From positions 1-58,232 of the forward strand of contig JACPDT010000081.1 of assembly GCA_016183865.1 (NCBI GenBank): a DNA stretch of 58,232 nucleotides. Direction: 5' to 3'. Under the pieces are notes generated by a model that was not told where the DNA came from, made no database searches, and saw only the letters and a list, made by a program, of their open reading frames with translations. Shown piece by piece: positions 1-9,413 of the stretch (position 1 is its first letter; each line of letters starts with the position of its first letter). This stretch comes from Armatimonadota bacterium (GTDB taxonomy: Bacteria > Vulcanimicrobiota > JACPDT01). The translations under genes were made by a program, and so were the position numbers.

Positions 1-26
1 GGGCGGCTCCTGGAATCGGACAACTT

Positions 27-1022
27 TCAGTCAGGCCCGTGTCCGGCATTAATGGTCAGAACATTCAATGCTCTCGTGGTCGCAAATGGAGCATAGCCTT
101 TCGCTGTGGCCTTGGAATAGAACTCGTCAATCAGTGCCTGTTGCGTTACGTAGTCTATGACCAGGACGAGCTTTCCGGCTTGCTTGAAAACGTCAAGATT
201 GGCAGTGGCAGCAGAGATTTGTGCGGCGCTGTTAGGAACATTATCGTTAAACCACGTTCCTTCCCTCCCAATGCCGGTGACAGCGCTGACATAGTCTGAA
301 TGCGAAGACAGCTCCTCGGCATTCTGCGGGAAAACCCCAAAATCTGCTTTTCCTTTTGTTACCCGGGCATAATTTGCCAGGGCCTTCACAAGATCAACCA
401 TTTCCTGCTCGGCTGTTTGTCTCCCCAGCCCGCTCTGCCCACCTGGTCCCCAGTATTGGTATGCGTCAATGATGTCAAGGTAGACTCCGTCAAACCCTGC
501 CTCGATGATCTTGTCCAGGTAACTCTGGGAAGAGCCGTAGATGATGGATTGCCACGCGGGATCCCAGTATTGCACCTTGTAATTCCCGGGCCACTGGGGA
601 TTCACGGGGCCGAGCCACGACGGTGCTCCCGGGTCGGGAGCACCATCGTTGTTCGCATCCCAGGCATTCTGCCAGTACCACCGATAGTTCTCCGCCTCAC
701 CTATGCTCATATAGGCGAGGACAAGTTTGGAACCACCGGGGCTGTTCTTCAATTCGCTGATTTGCTGGGCCGAGAATCTGCCGGCTTCGGTTCCATTGTT
801 TGAATAGTCAATTACGACCAGATCGTATTTTGAGTTTCCCATGGCGGCAAGGTCCACGTTCTGCAGTTGATATGCAAAATCGTTTACCCCATTCCAGGAA
901 AAAGTAGAATTGGATGGCGTCTGGAGTGTTCCGCCTCCGGAACAGCCCGTAAGCCATGCAAGGATCATGAACACAATCGCACTCGCAAAAATGACCAGCT
1001 TACGGCATCGTCTTGACATCAC
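27..1022 (-). CDS. Lipoprotein, GH114-like / TM1410-family glycoside hydrolase (endo-alpha-1,4-polygalactosaminidase-like)
   Basis: 331-aa ORF. The signal peptide ends in the lipobox LTGC. Motifs DLVVIDYS, LAYMSIGEAENYRWYW and FDGVYLDIIDAY are recalled from the GH114/TM1410 family. Confidence 0.6.
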   Translation of the reverse strand: MMSRRCRKLVIFASAIVFMILAWLTGCSGGGTLQTPSNSTFSWNGVNDFAYQLQNVDLAAMGNSKYDLVVIDYSNNGTEAGRFSAQQISELKNSPGGSKLVLAYMSIGEAENYRWYWQNAWDANNDGAPDPGAPSWLGPVNPQWPGNYKVQYWDPAWQSIIYGSSQSYLDKIIEAGFDGVYLDIIDAYQYWGPGGQSGLGRQTAEQEMVDLVKALANYARVTKGKADFGVFPQNAEELSSHSDYVSAVTGIGREGTWFNDNVPNSAAQISAATANLDVFKQAGKLVLVIDYVTQQALIDEFYSKATAKGYAPFATTRALNVLTINAGHGPD

Positions 1023-1353
1023 GAGCTGGTTGTCGCCTCCTGTCCGTATTTCTTCCGACTGACGGCATTCCCATTGTCAACCTCTATAACATCAAACTTC
1101 CAGCCTTTGGGAGCGCGACTCGAAGATTCAGGCTCATCAGGCTGTCATTGATGGGCAGCTCCTGCACCATATCCGAACAGTGATGAGGATGGGTCCTGGA
1201 GATTCAGTCACTTTGTTGACGGGAGGGGCCTGGAGCACGAAGCCGTCCTTCTCCATGGGGGCGCCCGCAAACGCAATTCCCGCGCCTACTGTGGAGCCAT
1301 CTATCACCCGCCAAAAATACCGGGCGAAGGGAATTGATTTTCCGATCCCTTCT

Positions 1354-4300
1354 TCAGGGAGTAATCCGCACCCCTTTCCCTGCATCAACAAAGCTTTCGT
1401 CTCCCGCAAATCTATACCAGTGTTCGTAACTCCGGCCGTCCTCGGAAAACACGAACTTGATGTCCCCAGAGTGCCCCGGGTCCTTAAAGTTGCCCTTGAG
1501 TATGTTCCCCTCCAGGGTGCCCCAAACTCTGCCTCCCCCAGCCCAGTCATAGGTGCCGGTCACATTGACACCGCTCTGGGTCAATCTTATAGGGCCGGGG
1601 TAGTGGCCGGTGCGGTATGTTCCCGTTACATTCAAGGGACCGTCCGGCTGACTCCCACCCGGAACTGTGGACGTCCGCGCTCCTGTTTTCCTTCCGTAAA
1701 GCTGGATATTCTGGGCCACGAACCACCCGTGCCCCGTAAGCTCAAGCCTGAAAGCATTCGCTTCGACGGGGCTGGCGAGAACCTTGCGATAATTGGGAAT
1801 CGAACGTCCTGTTACGCCTCCCGAAAGCTTCTCGCGGTTTATATTGGTGTTGGATAGAGTGTCCACAGTCACCCAGCCTCCCTGGGGCCTTTTCAGCTTG
1901 AGGACAATTCCGGCCCCATCTGTGGTGACGTCGGTTCCCGCGGTCTGGATGCGGATTTCCTCGATCCTGTAAGTCCCATCCATATCGAGCTGAAGCCAGT
2001 CGGAGCCGTTTCTGGAATTAACCCAGAGGCCGCCGTTGAAGGGATTTCCTTTAGAGTTGGGCTCACTAATGGTGCCGGCGCTAGCCTTGCCTCCCGTGAT
2101 CCTGTTACCTCCGGCTGACTCCGGCTGGACCGTGGGTGTGGGGGGCGAGGCCGGCTTCCCTGTCTCTCTTTCACGAGTCTGAGCCAGTTTGTTCTTCAGG
2201 ATGTCGCGGTTCTTCCGGGCCAACTCGAAATCCGGTTTGATTTTTAGAGATTTCTCGTAATCTTCGAGGGCGCCGGCGGAATCCCCCAAACGCTCCTTGT
2301 ACGCGCCCCTGTTGTTGTATGCTGAATAGTTATCCGATTGGAGCTCAATGGCCCGTTCAAGATCCTCGATGGCGCCGCGGGTATCCCCTAACTTGTTCTT
2401 GTAACGGCCACGTCCGACATAATAGTTCGAATTGCCCGGCTTGAGCCGGATGGCCTGGGTGTAATCGTCCACGGCTTTCTGATGCTCTCCCAGTGCGCCG
2501 TATGCAACGGCTCTGTTATTGTACGCTCTCGAATCAGGCCTCAAAGCGATGGCCTCCGTGTTGTCACTCACGGCGCCGTCATAATCCTTGGAATCAGTCT
2601 TCTCCCTGCCTCTTTGCAGAAAAGCATCAGCCAGCTTGTCTTTCAGCTCGGCAGCAGCTTGTGGAGCGATCCTGGCGAGTTCAGGGAGCAGTGCTTTCGC
2701 TTCATCCAGTTGCCCCTGTTGGATCAGATTGCTGAGCTGTTTCACGTCCTCTGCCGATTCAGCTTTTCCCTTTGCCGATAGCAATCGCTCCAGCTCTGTC
2801 CGGATGGTCCGGTCCTGGGGATCCAGGTTTTTCGCTTCCTGAGCCAGATTGACAGCCCGTTCAAGATCCCCTTGACGCTCTGCATCGTGCGCTTCCTCGA
2901 GTTTTTTTTGCGCCTTGTCTTTGTCGGACGCCGCCTTCATATGTTCCTGGGAGATCGTGACTTCGAAGCTGCCGGATCCCCTGCCTAACTCGTCCCCATC
3001 CGCATTCCGGACAACCATCGTCGCTTGACAGGTTCCGACTTCGCTCCGGTTCACGGTTGTTTCTTCGGTATGGGGGTTCCCCACGAAACTGGAGCCGGCG
3101 TTCAGGAGCCACTCATACCGAACTTCACCCGGTGGTTTCGGGGAGATCCCTGCTCGAATCCGGATATTCTGGAATACCGCAATACCGGTCTCCTTGTCTT
3201 TCAGCCCGCCCTTCGGACCTTGTTGCCATTCGGTTGTCGTGGGAAGTGAGACCTGTACCGACACTTTGTACAGTGATGCTTGAATGGTACCGCTCGCATC
3301 CCCTAAATCGCCGGCTGAACGGGCCACGACCGTAATCGGGCGCGCATCCTTTGGAGTGAGAGTAATCTCGAATGAATCGTTCGATTGAGCGATCTGTCTG
3401 GCATTGCCTGGAACTTCCCAGTTGAAATGGGCATCCTTGATGCCTGTAGGCACAGCCAGTCTCGCCTTCACCTCCTGACCGACAAGGGGGCGGGAGGGGG
3501 AGAAAGAAATCGAGAGATTGGGCGAAATGATATCCATTTCGATTTGCTGGGATTCGGCGACAGTTGAGAGAACATCGCCTTTCTTATTCAGGACTTCAAC
3601 CCAGACCTTGACACGGCCGGACTTTCGGAAAAGAACATCGGTGCCCGATGATCCGCTCTCTTGCGGCTTGAAATCAAGCTCCGAATTCGGCTGCCACCGG
3701 AAGACGTAGTTGCCGGAAACGGGTTTCCCGTTCAAGGTAAGAGTGGCCCTGAACTTTGCTTTACCACCAACCGGCGCCTGGTTGCTTCCGGGCTCCAGTT
3801 TCTCAATCTCGACTTTCAAGGCTACAATCGTTAGTGCTATGCTACCGGAGGCCGTATTCCCATGGTTGTCTCTGACTGTTACAGAAATCCTGTGGGACCC
3901 CGGTCTTTCTGAATCCTTGAATGCAAAGGTATCTCCTTTCGCCGTTCCGGTATCCGCGCCGCTCCAGGAATACTGATATCCAGGTACTCCGCCTGAAGCA
4001 CTGGCCTGGATGTTTGCCACATCACCCATTTGCAGAGTGGTCTTATCAGCCGTTAGTTCCACTTTCAGGGGTTTCATGAATTTCTTGTTTATGGCGGTGA
4101 TTTCTCTCTTGCTTGATTCCTTGTCGTATACTACGTTATGGGCCTTGTAGCAATCTTCTATACATTCTCCCGAAGCGATCATAAAGAACCTGTAGCAGCC
4201 CCAGTCGCCGCCCATGCAGGGACCATTTGCTTTGTCGTCACAACTTGGGCTCGCCCCCTTTACGTCTTCCGGGTGATAGTGGGCGCCCGTAATGGAATTT

Positions 4301-6588
4301 GAACATTTGCAGATGCAGTTGAGCAGTTCTCTCCTCTCTGCTTCCGTAAGAGCACTGAACGGTCTGGGTCTGGGTTTTTCTCCAGGCTGTTTCTCGGGTT
4401 CTTTGGGTTGTTCGGGCTTTACAGGTTTTTCAGGTTTTCCCTGCCCTTCCGAATCAGGGGGCTGTGCAGTTTTGTCGCCATCAGCCGGTTTCTCCGGCGG
4501 GGGGGGTTCCGTTTGCTTCGGACCTCCGGAGACTGAGCGTCCTTTTGGCTTTATGATCACACTGGTCTCGGCGAGCACGTGCATTTTACCGAAATCACTG
4601 AGCGTGTAGAGCTGTACCAGTAGTTTTCCCTGGCCCGAAGCCTTGACCTGAGCTTGTTCTCCTTTTTGGGAGACAATCTCCAGTCCACCGCTCGATTTCC
4701 AGGCCCACATGGCTTCTGCAGGGGGTGCGCCTTTTTTCAAGACGGCACGGGCCTTGACGGTTGAGCCGGACTCCGGCTGTGCATTGGAGACATTGATCTC
4801 AAGTGTTAAAGGAGCGCCGGTTACGGTAACGGTGTGTACGGCATCCGCAAGCAGCCGCTCCTTACTCGCGGTCAACTTCCACGTAACAGCACATTTGATG
4901 TGACGTTCACCTTTACCGGCGGGCACGTACATCAGCGAGTTGCCATCTCCGAGCACCTTGTTGCCCTCAGTCCAGGTCAACCTTATCTTACCGGTGCAAT
5001 CATCTATCAATGGCTGACCATTTCGCGTCAAGACTTCAGCCTTGAGCTCGATCGGCTTTCCTTCCACTGCCTGCGCTTCCCCCACTATTTTGGCCTTCAC
5101 GAAATCATCCGGTGGGGGCTTCAGACGATACAGCGCCTCAAGTTGTTCGACCAGGTCCGCTTCTTTCTTATCCACAGCAGCACGAACATTACCGAAGAAC
5201 TCTCGCGCATTGTTGAACGCATGATTCCGATGATATCCGAGAAAATCGCTCAAAGCTCCTCTTGCATCATCCCCGTATTTGCGTCCATAATAATCCAGAA
5301 GGGCTACGCAAATAACACCCTCGGTGTGGGCGCCCGGTGCATCCATGTCGTCTCTGGCCAGAGGAGCACAACTCAGGGCGATCTGTTTCGTGAATCCTTG
5401 TCCGACAGGCCTGCCTCGGATCCTCGACAAAAGGACACCGACAAAAGACGCTCTGCCCTCGGACCAGGCAGCCGGTTCTGGAATCAGATTCCCCCCCTCG
5501 TCGGTCAGCATGAACACACTCCCTCGGGCGACCGATGGTTCATCTATGTTTAACACCAGCTCCATGATGGCGTGTGTCCACTCGTGAAAAACGTTCTCCG
5601 CGCCCTGCGATGACGCAAAATTGAAATCCACGGGAAGGTTGATGCGTGAATTCCTGTAATTTTCACCGGAAGGGGTCTCTCCTTGAGGTATATATCGCAG
5701 TGCCACAGCGTCGATCCGACTGGCGTCCGCCCTGCCCACAAGCCCTGCCATAACTTCACGGATGTCTTTCTTCAATACGTAGAACCAGTCTTCCCGTGAC
5801 TGAAGCGCCACCTCAAGCTGTTCTGCTGCAGGGGGATATGTTTCCTCGATGAAACCCAGATAAATTCTACCATTAGCAGGATCTTCATATCGGGCAGTGA
5901 TTTTCATCTTCGTCAACTGCCGCCCGCGGGCATACTCCACCTGGCCGACCGGCAAGTAAAAAGTAACAGACCCTGACGTGTTTCGAGAAGGTGCGGAGCC
6001 CAGAAAACCTGTTGCTCCTGATTCGTCTGATAGCGCGAACACAACACCGGGCAGGGTCTGTCCATCTTTTTGCGAAGACACAACCAGCTTTCTAAATCCG
6101 AGGCGCACAACTGTGCCACTCTTTGCCAGACGCAGGCTCAGGGTGATTGAGAGTCCTGATTGACTCTGCCCCCCAGTAATAGGATCTCTAACACCACCCC
6201 CCGCGGCCTCTCGACCCGAAGCAAACCGATACTTTGTTTTCGACCCACCCATGATGTAAAGTTTTTCGAGAATCAGATCAGAAGAAGGCCGTTCAGGGAT
6301 CAGGACCTTCCCTGTTGCATCGGTATCCAGGTCGTGAACGCGCCCTGTACGCCTGTTGATTACAACAGCCCGCATCCCCTCGACCGCCGCGTCTCCATCA
6401 GGGGTCTGCGCCTTCACTGTAACGGTGCAGGTTCCTGATGCCGACGGACTGCCCGCCGGCGCACCCAGCGTACAAAAAAGAAATCCGGCGGTAAGCAGGA
6501 AGGTCGTCGCGGTCAGAACTGTTGCCGGACACCTGCTTATTCTGACTATTCCTTGCACGAAGATTGCGATCATGCTGAAATGTCTCAT
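1354..6588 (-). CDS. Giant (about 1744 aa) secreted/surface multidomain protein: HExxH module, Ig/PKD-like repeats, Pro/Glu/Lys linker, 8-Cys module, TPR repeats, discoidin (F5/8 type C)-like domain
   Basis: The ORF track gives 1354..6948. I place the start at ATG 6588 (MRHFSMIAIF...) because AAAGGGGGGG plus 5 nt precedes it and a hydrophobic signal/anchor segment follows. HEWTH lies at 5572..5586. TPR consensus: AYNNRAVAYGALG, YYVGRGRY, AYNNRGAY. Discoidin-like: DWLQLDMDGTYRIEEIRI ... FVAQNIQLYGR. Confidence 0.75.
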   Translation of the reverse strand: MRHFSMIAIFVQGIVRISRCPATVLTATTFLLTAGFLFCTLGAPAGSPSASGTCTVTVKAQTPDGDAAVEGMRAVVINRRTGRVHDLDTDATGKVLIPERPSSDLILEKLYIMGGSKTKYRFASGREAAGGGVRDPITGGQSQSGLSITLSLRLAKSGTVVRLGFRKLVVSSQKDGQTLPGVVFALSDESGATGFLGSAPSRNTSGSVTFYLPVGQVEYARGRQLTKMKITARYEDPANGRIYLGFIEETYPPAAEQLEVALQSREDWFYVLKKDIREVMAGLVGRADASRIDAVALRYIPQGETPSGENYRNSRINLPVDFNFASSQGAENVFHEWTHAIMELVLNIDEPSVARGSVFMLTDEGGNLIPEPAAWSEGRASFVGVLLSRIRGRPVGQGFTKQIALSCAPLARDDMDAPGAHTEGVICVALLDYYGRKYGDDARGALSDFLGYHRNHAFNNAREFFGNVRAAVDKKEADLVEQLEALYRLKPPPDDFVKAKIVGEAQAVEGKPIELKAEVLTRNGQPLIDDCTGKIRLTWTEGNKVLGDGNSLMYVPAGKGERHIKCAVTWKLTASKERLLADAVHTVTVTGAPLTLEINVSNAQPESGSTVKARAVLKKGAPPAEAMWAWKSSGGLEIVSQKGEQAQVKASGQGKLLVQLYTLSDFGKMHVLAETSVIIKPKGRSVSGGPKQTEPPPPEKPADGDKTAQPPDSEGQGKPEKPVKPEQPKEPEKQPGEKPRPRPFSALTEAERRELLNCICKCSNSITGAHYHPEDVKGASPSCDDKANGPCMGGDWGCYRFFMIASGECIEDCYKAHNVVYDKESSKREITAINKKFMKPLKVELTADKTTLQMGDVANIQASASGGVPGYQYSWSGADTGTAKGDTFAFKDSERPGSHRISVTVRDNHGNTASGSIALTIVALKVEIEKLEPGSNQAPVGGKAKFRATLTLNGKPVSGNYVFRWQPNSELDFKPQESGSSGTDVLFRKSGRVKVWVEVLNKKGDVLSTVAESQQIEMDIISPNLSISFSPSRPLVGQEVKARLAVPTGIKDAHFNWEVPGNARQIAQSNDSFEITLTPKDARPITVVARSAGDLGDASGTIQASLYKVSVQVSLPTTTEWQQGPKGGLKDKETGIAVFQNIRIRAGISPKPPGEVRYEWLLNAGSSFVGNPHTEETTVNRSEVGTCQATMVVRNADGDELGRGSGSFEVTISQEHMKAASDKDKAQKKLEEAHDAERQGDLERAVNLAQEAKNLDPQDRTIRTELERLLSAKGKAESAEDVKQLSNLIQQGQLDEAKALLPELARIAPQAAAELKDKLADAFLQRGREKTDSKDYDGAVSDNTEAIALRPDSRAYNNRAVAYGALGEHQKAVDDYTQAIRLKPGNSNYYVGRGRYKNKLGDTRGAIEDLERAIELQSDNYSAYNNRGAYKERLGDSAGALEDYEKSLKIKPDFELARKNRDILKNKLAQTRERETGKPASPPTPTVQPESAGGNRITGGKASAGTISEPNSKGNPFNGGLWVNSRNGSDWLQLDMDGTYRIEEIRIQTAGTDVTTDGAGIVLKLKRPQGGWVTVDTLSNTNINREKLSGGVTGRSIPNYRKVLASPVEANAFRLELTGHGWFVAQNIQLYGRKTGARTSTVPGGSQPDGPLNVTGTYRTGHYPGPIRLTQSGVNVTGTYDWAGGGRVWGTLEGNILKGNFKDPGHSGDIKFVFSEDGRSYEHWYRFAGDESFVDAGKGVRITP

Positions 6589-7009
6589 CTGATCCCCCCC
6601 TTTCATTTCGACAGTGTAATAGTCTTCAAGAGTGTTTAGTAGACAAGTCACTTTTCTCAGTCTTAGTGGAAACTCCTGCCCCGAGGCAAGGCGCATGGCC
6701 CTGCCAGAGACAGCCGAATCCAGGGAACCATACTCGTTCGACCCGGATGTTCCCACAGACATCTGGTGCCAGGACCCGAGCACGAATATGTGTAGCGCCT
6801 GATAAACTCCTGGCCCTGGCTTCGCCATTGCCCGAATGAACCCGATAACCAGCGGGAATTCTGTTGCCACTCTATTGGGCAGTTCCTCAACGATAAACTT
6901 CGTGCTTTCTCTCCTGAGAGAGCCCTCCCTGTCCCCCGCAAGGAGCAAATCCCCCTAAAATTCTGAGAAGGATCCCCTGATTTCCCGGAGAACTCCACCG
7001 ACGACAAAA

Positions 7010-7189
7010 TCAATTTACCTGTAACCACCAAACAAAGGCAGCCTGTTCCATAGTGATCATTCGCTGATCCTGAGCCAACTCAAGAATCTCCTGGTCGGAC
7101 CTTTGGTCGAGACCAACTTCTGATTTGTGTTTGATGACCCAAGACGGCTTTGCCCCCTGAAGCCACGAGGTTACGACCCTTGGACACAT
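7010..7189 (-). pseudogene. Decayed DUF5615-type (PIN-like, Mut7-C-like) toxin gene fragment, 59 codons
   Basis: My own translation is MCPRVVTSWLQGAKPSWVIKHKSEVGLDQRSDQEILELAQDQRMITMEQAAFVWWLQVN. The ...D.EILELA...R.I.T part matches the central block of DUF5615 proteins as I recall them. The N-terminal DEN motif and the C-terminal half are missing. It falls below the 60-aa ORF-track cutoff. Confidence 0.35.
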
Positions 7190-7190
7190 T

Positions 7191-7874
7191 TTATGCCTGC
7201 AAAAGACCGGACAGATTTAATATGCGGTCTGACCATATCTGCGATTGTTCCGCAAGCTGATTGCGCTGTATCGGATCTTCCCAGAAGCTTTCCCACTTAA
7301 GTTGCCAATAAGCCAACATTATCTGTAATTCAACCAGCTCGGCGGCGGTATCTATACCAGTTTCCATCGCTGTCCATTCAATGAAATGCTTGCTCTCGTC
7401 TACAAGACTCATGACCGCCACCCGATTAGCGTCTCGACTCGCGAACGACTTGATTCGGCGTAAGTTCGCCGCCAAACCACCTAATCGAATAGAAACACCA
7501 TCGCGCAGATAACGTTCGCGAATCTCTACCCAATCTTTACATCGGTCACCTAATAATTGACGAGTGATCTGGGCTACATTTTCCCGAATATCCATGTCAA
7601 CTATCTCCAGCGAGCGATTGTTTTGCCGGGGTCTGATATTGATCAGCGACTCGAAGGTCACTTGTTGACTGTTTGGGTTCCAGTCGGCGCCCCAGATATC
7701 TTCTTGCTGACTGCCGTCATCAAGCAAAGCCGCCTCGCAATCGGCATGCATAGCTCCACCGCCGGCCAGAATGCCTCGACGGATGTCCACGGCCAATTTG
7801 ATATATGTACCAAGCACTAGAAGCATTTCGTCTATCTGTAGTTGTGTCGCACGAGCTCGAATGATATGAACCAC
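7191..7874 (-). CDS. DUF5674-like domain fused to an uncharacterised helical C-terminal domain
   Basis: 227-aa ORF. N-terminal half: KLAVDIRRGILAGGGAMHADCEAALLDDGSQQEDIWGADWNP...SLINIRPRQNNRSLEI, which matches the DUF5674 signature as I recall it. The C-terminal ~115 aa (NLRRIKSFAS...ESKHFIEWTA...WSDRILNLSGLL) is unassigned. Confidence 0.55.
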   Translation of the reverse strand: MVHIIRARATQLQIDEMLLVLGTYIKLAVDIRRGILAGGGAMHADCEAALLDDGSQQEDIWGADWNPNSQQVTFESLINIRPRQNNRSLEIVDMDIRENVAQITRQLLGDRCKDWVEIRERYLRDGVSIRLGGLAANLRRIKSFASRDANRVAVMSLVDESKHFIEWTAMETGIDTAAELVELQIMLAYWQLKWESFWEDPIQRNQLAEQSQIWSDRILNLSGLLQA

Positions 7875-8307
7875 AAACCTCTCCTCGGCCTAAAGAATGT
7901 ACATTTTCCGATTGTACATCGAAGACAAAAAAAATGGGGCGAACGTGAACAAGCTCAACTACAGGAGGAGCAAAGAGGCCAACGACGCAACTGAACCAGC
8001 CACACTGAGGATGAGCACGTAGTCGATTGCTGCTCCCCGTATCGTACCAGGCGGAGCCGGTCCTAACTCATAGGTGCGGATGTCGCTTCCGTGTGACTCG
8101 ATGTACTTGTAAACATCCTTAAGGACGCCCCTGTCGCTTCCAAAGCTCCGGTACGTCCCCGAAGAAGAAACGGTCTTCTATGGTTTCCGAGATTTCGGAA
8201 AGACTTCTCATCCCCTCGACTTCCTTGCGGAGTTCACACAACACATACCTGACCACTACGAACACCGGGCATTCTACTATGGCGCCTGCAGTCACAAGCA
8301 TAGGGGA

Positions 8308-8580
8308 GTGCTCGAAGGAAGACCCGAATCTCACCTGAGAGAGCCTTCGATGGCGCCCAGAGCTTGCGGAAAAAACTGGGCTGCCCTCATTGCAAAGGTC
8401 TACAGGATAAACCCGCTGGTGTGTCAGATTTGTAAAGGTCCGATGGAGATTAAGAAAAACTGTGGCCGAATGCTTACCGGAACGAAGGGCGCACGCATCT
8501 TTTGCAAGTCGCCGAAACCCCCAGTTCCTATGTGGTTGGAGCAATCAGTTTTCCTATCAAATCATCCGGTGCCATGTTGA
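8308..8580 (+). pseudogene. IS91-family (Y2 transposase) C-terminal fragment
   Basis: The 90-aa ORF contains NWAALIAKVYRINPLVCQICKGPMEI. This is the conserved W-A-x-L-(I/L)-x-(K/R)-V-(Y/F)-x-x-(D/N)-P-L-x-C-P-x-C-x-G-x-M block found at the C-terminus of IS91/IS801-type transposases. No catalytic part is upstream. Confidence 0.5.
8537..8561 (+). repeat. 25-bp perfect direct repeat, copy 1 (TGGAGCAATCAGTTTTCCTATCAAA)
   Basis: Identical 25-mer at 9783..9807. Checked base by base. Confidence 0.95.
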
Positions 8581-8605
8581 CGCTCCATATGCCCTATGTT
8601 ATACT
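8577..8605 (+). promoter_or_regulatory. Sigma70-like promoter candidate for the AbrB-PIN pair
   Basis: TTGACG (8577..8582), 17-nt spacer, TATACT (8600..8605), about 50 nt upstream of ATG 8656. Confidence 0.4.
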
Positions 8606-8655
8606 GGTATTGATGTCGGATAATCGGACAATCAGGTCTTGTGGAGGGTGAAGCC

Positions 8656-8949
8656 ATGCTTGAAGCTTACAAAGTTGGAAAACGAGGTATGATGGTCTTG
8701 CCGGCCAAACTGCGGAAACGCTTCGGCATCCAGGAGGGATCTTACGTGGTGGCCGAAGAGCGCCAGGAAGGCATCCTTATCCGGCCTGCGGAGATACTGC
8801 CCTATGAGAGATACATACCGGAGCGTGTGGCGGAATTTCTCCTTGGGACTGCTGTCAGGACAGAAGAATACGCGGACGCCGTCAAGAAAGTACGTCAAAT
8901 GGGTCTTGATCCTGAAAAAATTGACCATGTCAAGCCCCCTGGAGTTTGA
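8656..8949 (+). CDS. AbrB/MazE/SpoVT-family antitoxin
   Basis: VGKRGMMVLPAKLRKRFGIQEGSYVVAEERQEGILIRP is a typical SpoVT/AbrB looped-hinge-helix motif. GGAGGG lies upstream of ATG 8656 (the track starts at GTG 8641). Only 3 nt separate it from the downstream PIN gene. Confidence 0.75.
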   Translation: MLEAYKVGKRGMMVLPAKLRKRFGIQEGSYVVAEERQEGILIRPAEILPYERYIPERVAEFLLGTAVRTEEYADAVKKVRQMGLDPEKIDHVKPPGV

Positions 8950-8952
8950 TAA

Positions 8953-9357
8953 GTGGACCGTCTTTTCTTGGATGCCAATGTCTTGTTCTCAGCAGCTTAT
9001 AATCAGGGATCCACTCTTCGAAAGATCTGGACATTCAAAGCGGTCTCGCTTCTTTCGTCCTCCTATGCCGTCAACGAGGCGAGAGTGAACCTGTCTGCAT
9101 TTTCCCCAGAGCGCGTGGGCGACCTGGAGCACTTGATAAAAAAACTTCGGATCGTTGAAACGATAAGTTTGGACGTATTGCCGCCGGAAGTCGCCGGCCT
9201 TCCGGAAAAAGACCGCCCCATTCTTATGGCGGCATTGGAGGCAAGAGCCACTCATCTCCTGACCGCCGACAAAAAGCACTTTGGGCCGCTCTTTGGTCGT
9301 ACCGTTGGCGGCGTCCTCATTCTCCCTCCTGGGGACTATATTCGAAGCCGACTCTGA
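8953..9357 (+). CDS. PIN-domain toxin (VapC-like)
   Basis: 134 aa. It has an N-terminal LFLDANVLFSA (first acidic residue), a later PEKDRPILMAALEA and LLTADKKHF (PIN acidic residues), and is paired with an upstream antitoxin. GTG start. Confidence 0.7.
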   Translation: MDRLFLDANVLFSAAYNQGSTLRKIWTFKAVSLLSSSYAVNEARVNLSAFSPERVGDLEHLIKKLRIVETISLDVLPPEVAGLPEKDRPILMAALEARATHLLTADKKHFGPLFGRTVGGVLILPPGDYIRSRL

Positions 9358-9382
9358 CCGGGGCAGACAAGGGAATAGGGTT

Positions 9383-9413
9383 TCGGAAGAGCTGATTTCC
9401 GACTTTTGAATTT
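9383..9413 (+). terminator. Weak intrinsic terminator candidate after the PIN gene
   Basis: TCGGAA-8 nt-TTCCGA stem-loop followed by CTTTTGAATTT. Confidence 0.3.

Noticed and set aside
1137-1550. A 137-aa minus-strand ORF spanning the giant gene's stop; it could be a frameshifted C-terminal continuation.
   Set aside because: The giant protein already ends with a complete copy of its C-terminal repeat (…FVFSEDGRSYEHWYRF…GKGVRITP). The other frame has no recognisable motif.
6589-6948. A 120-codon N-terminal extension of the giant ORF (track start at 6948).
   Set aside because: The extension starts at a TTG with no SD and has no signal peptide. The internal ATG 6588 has a strong SD and is followed by a signal/anchor. 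I could not recognise the upstream 360 nt as a gene, so I treat it as leader or non-coding DNA.
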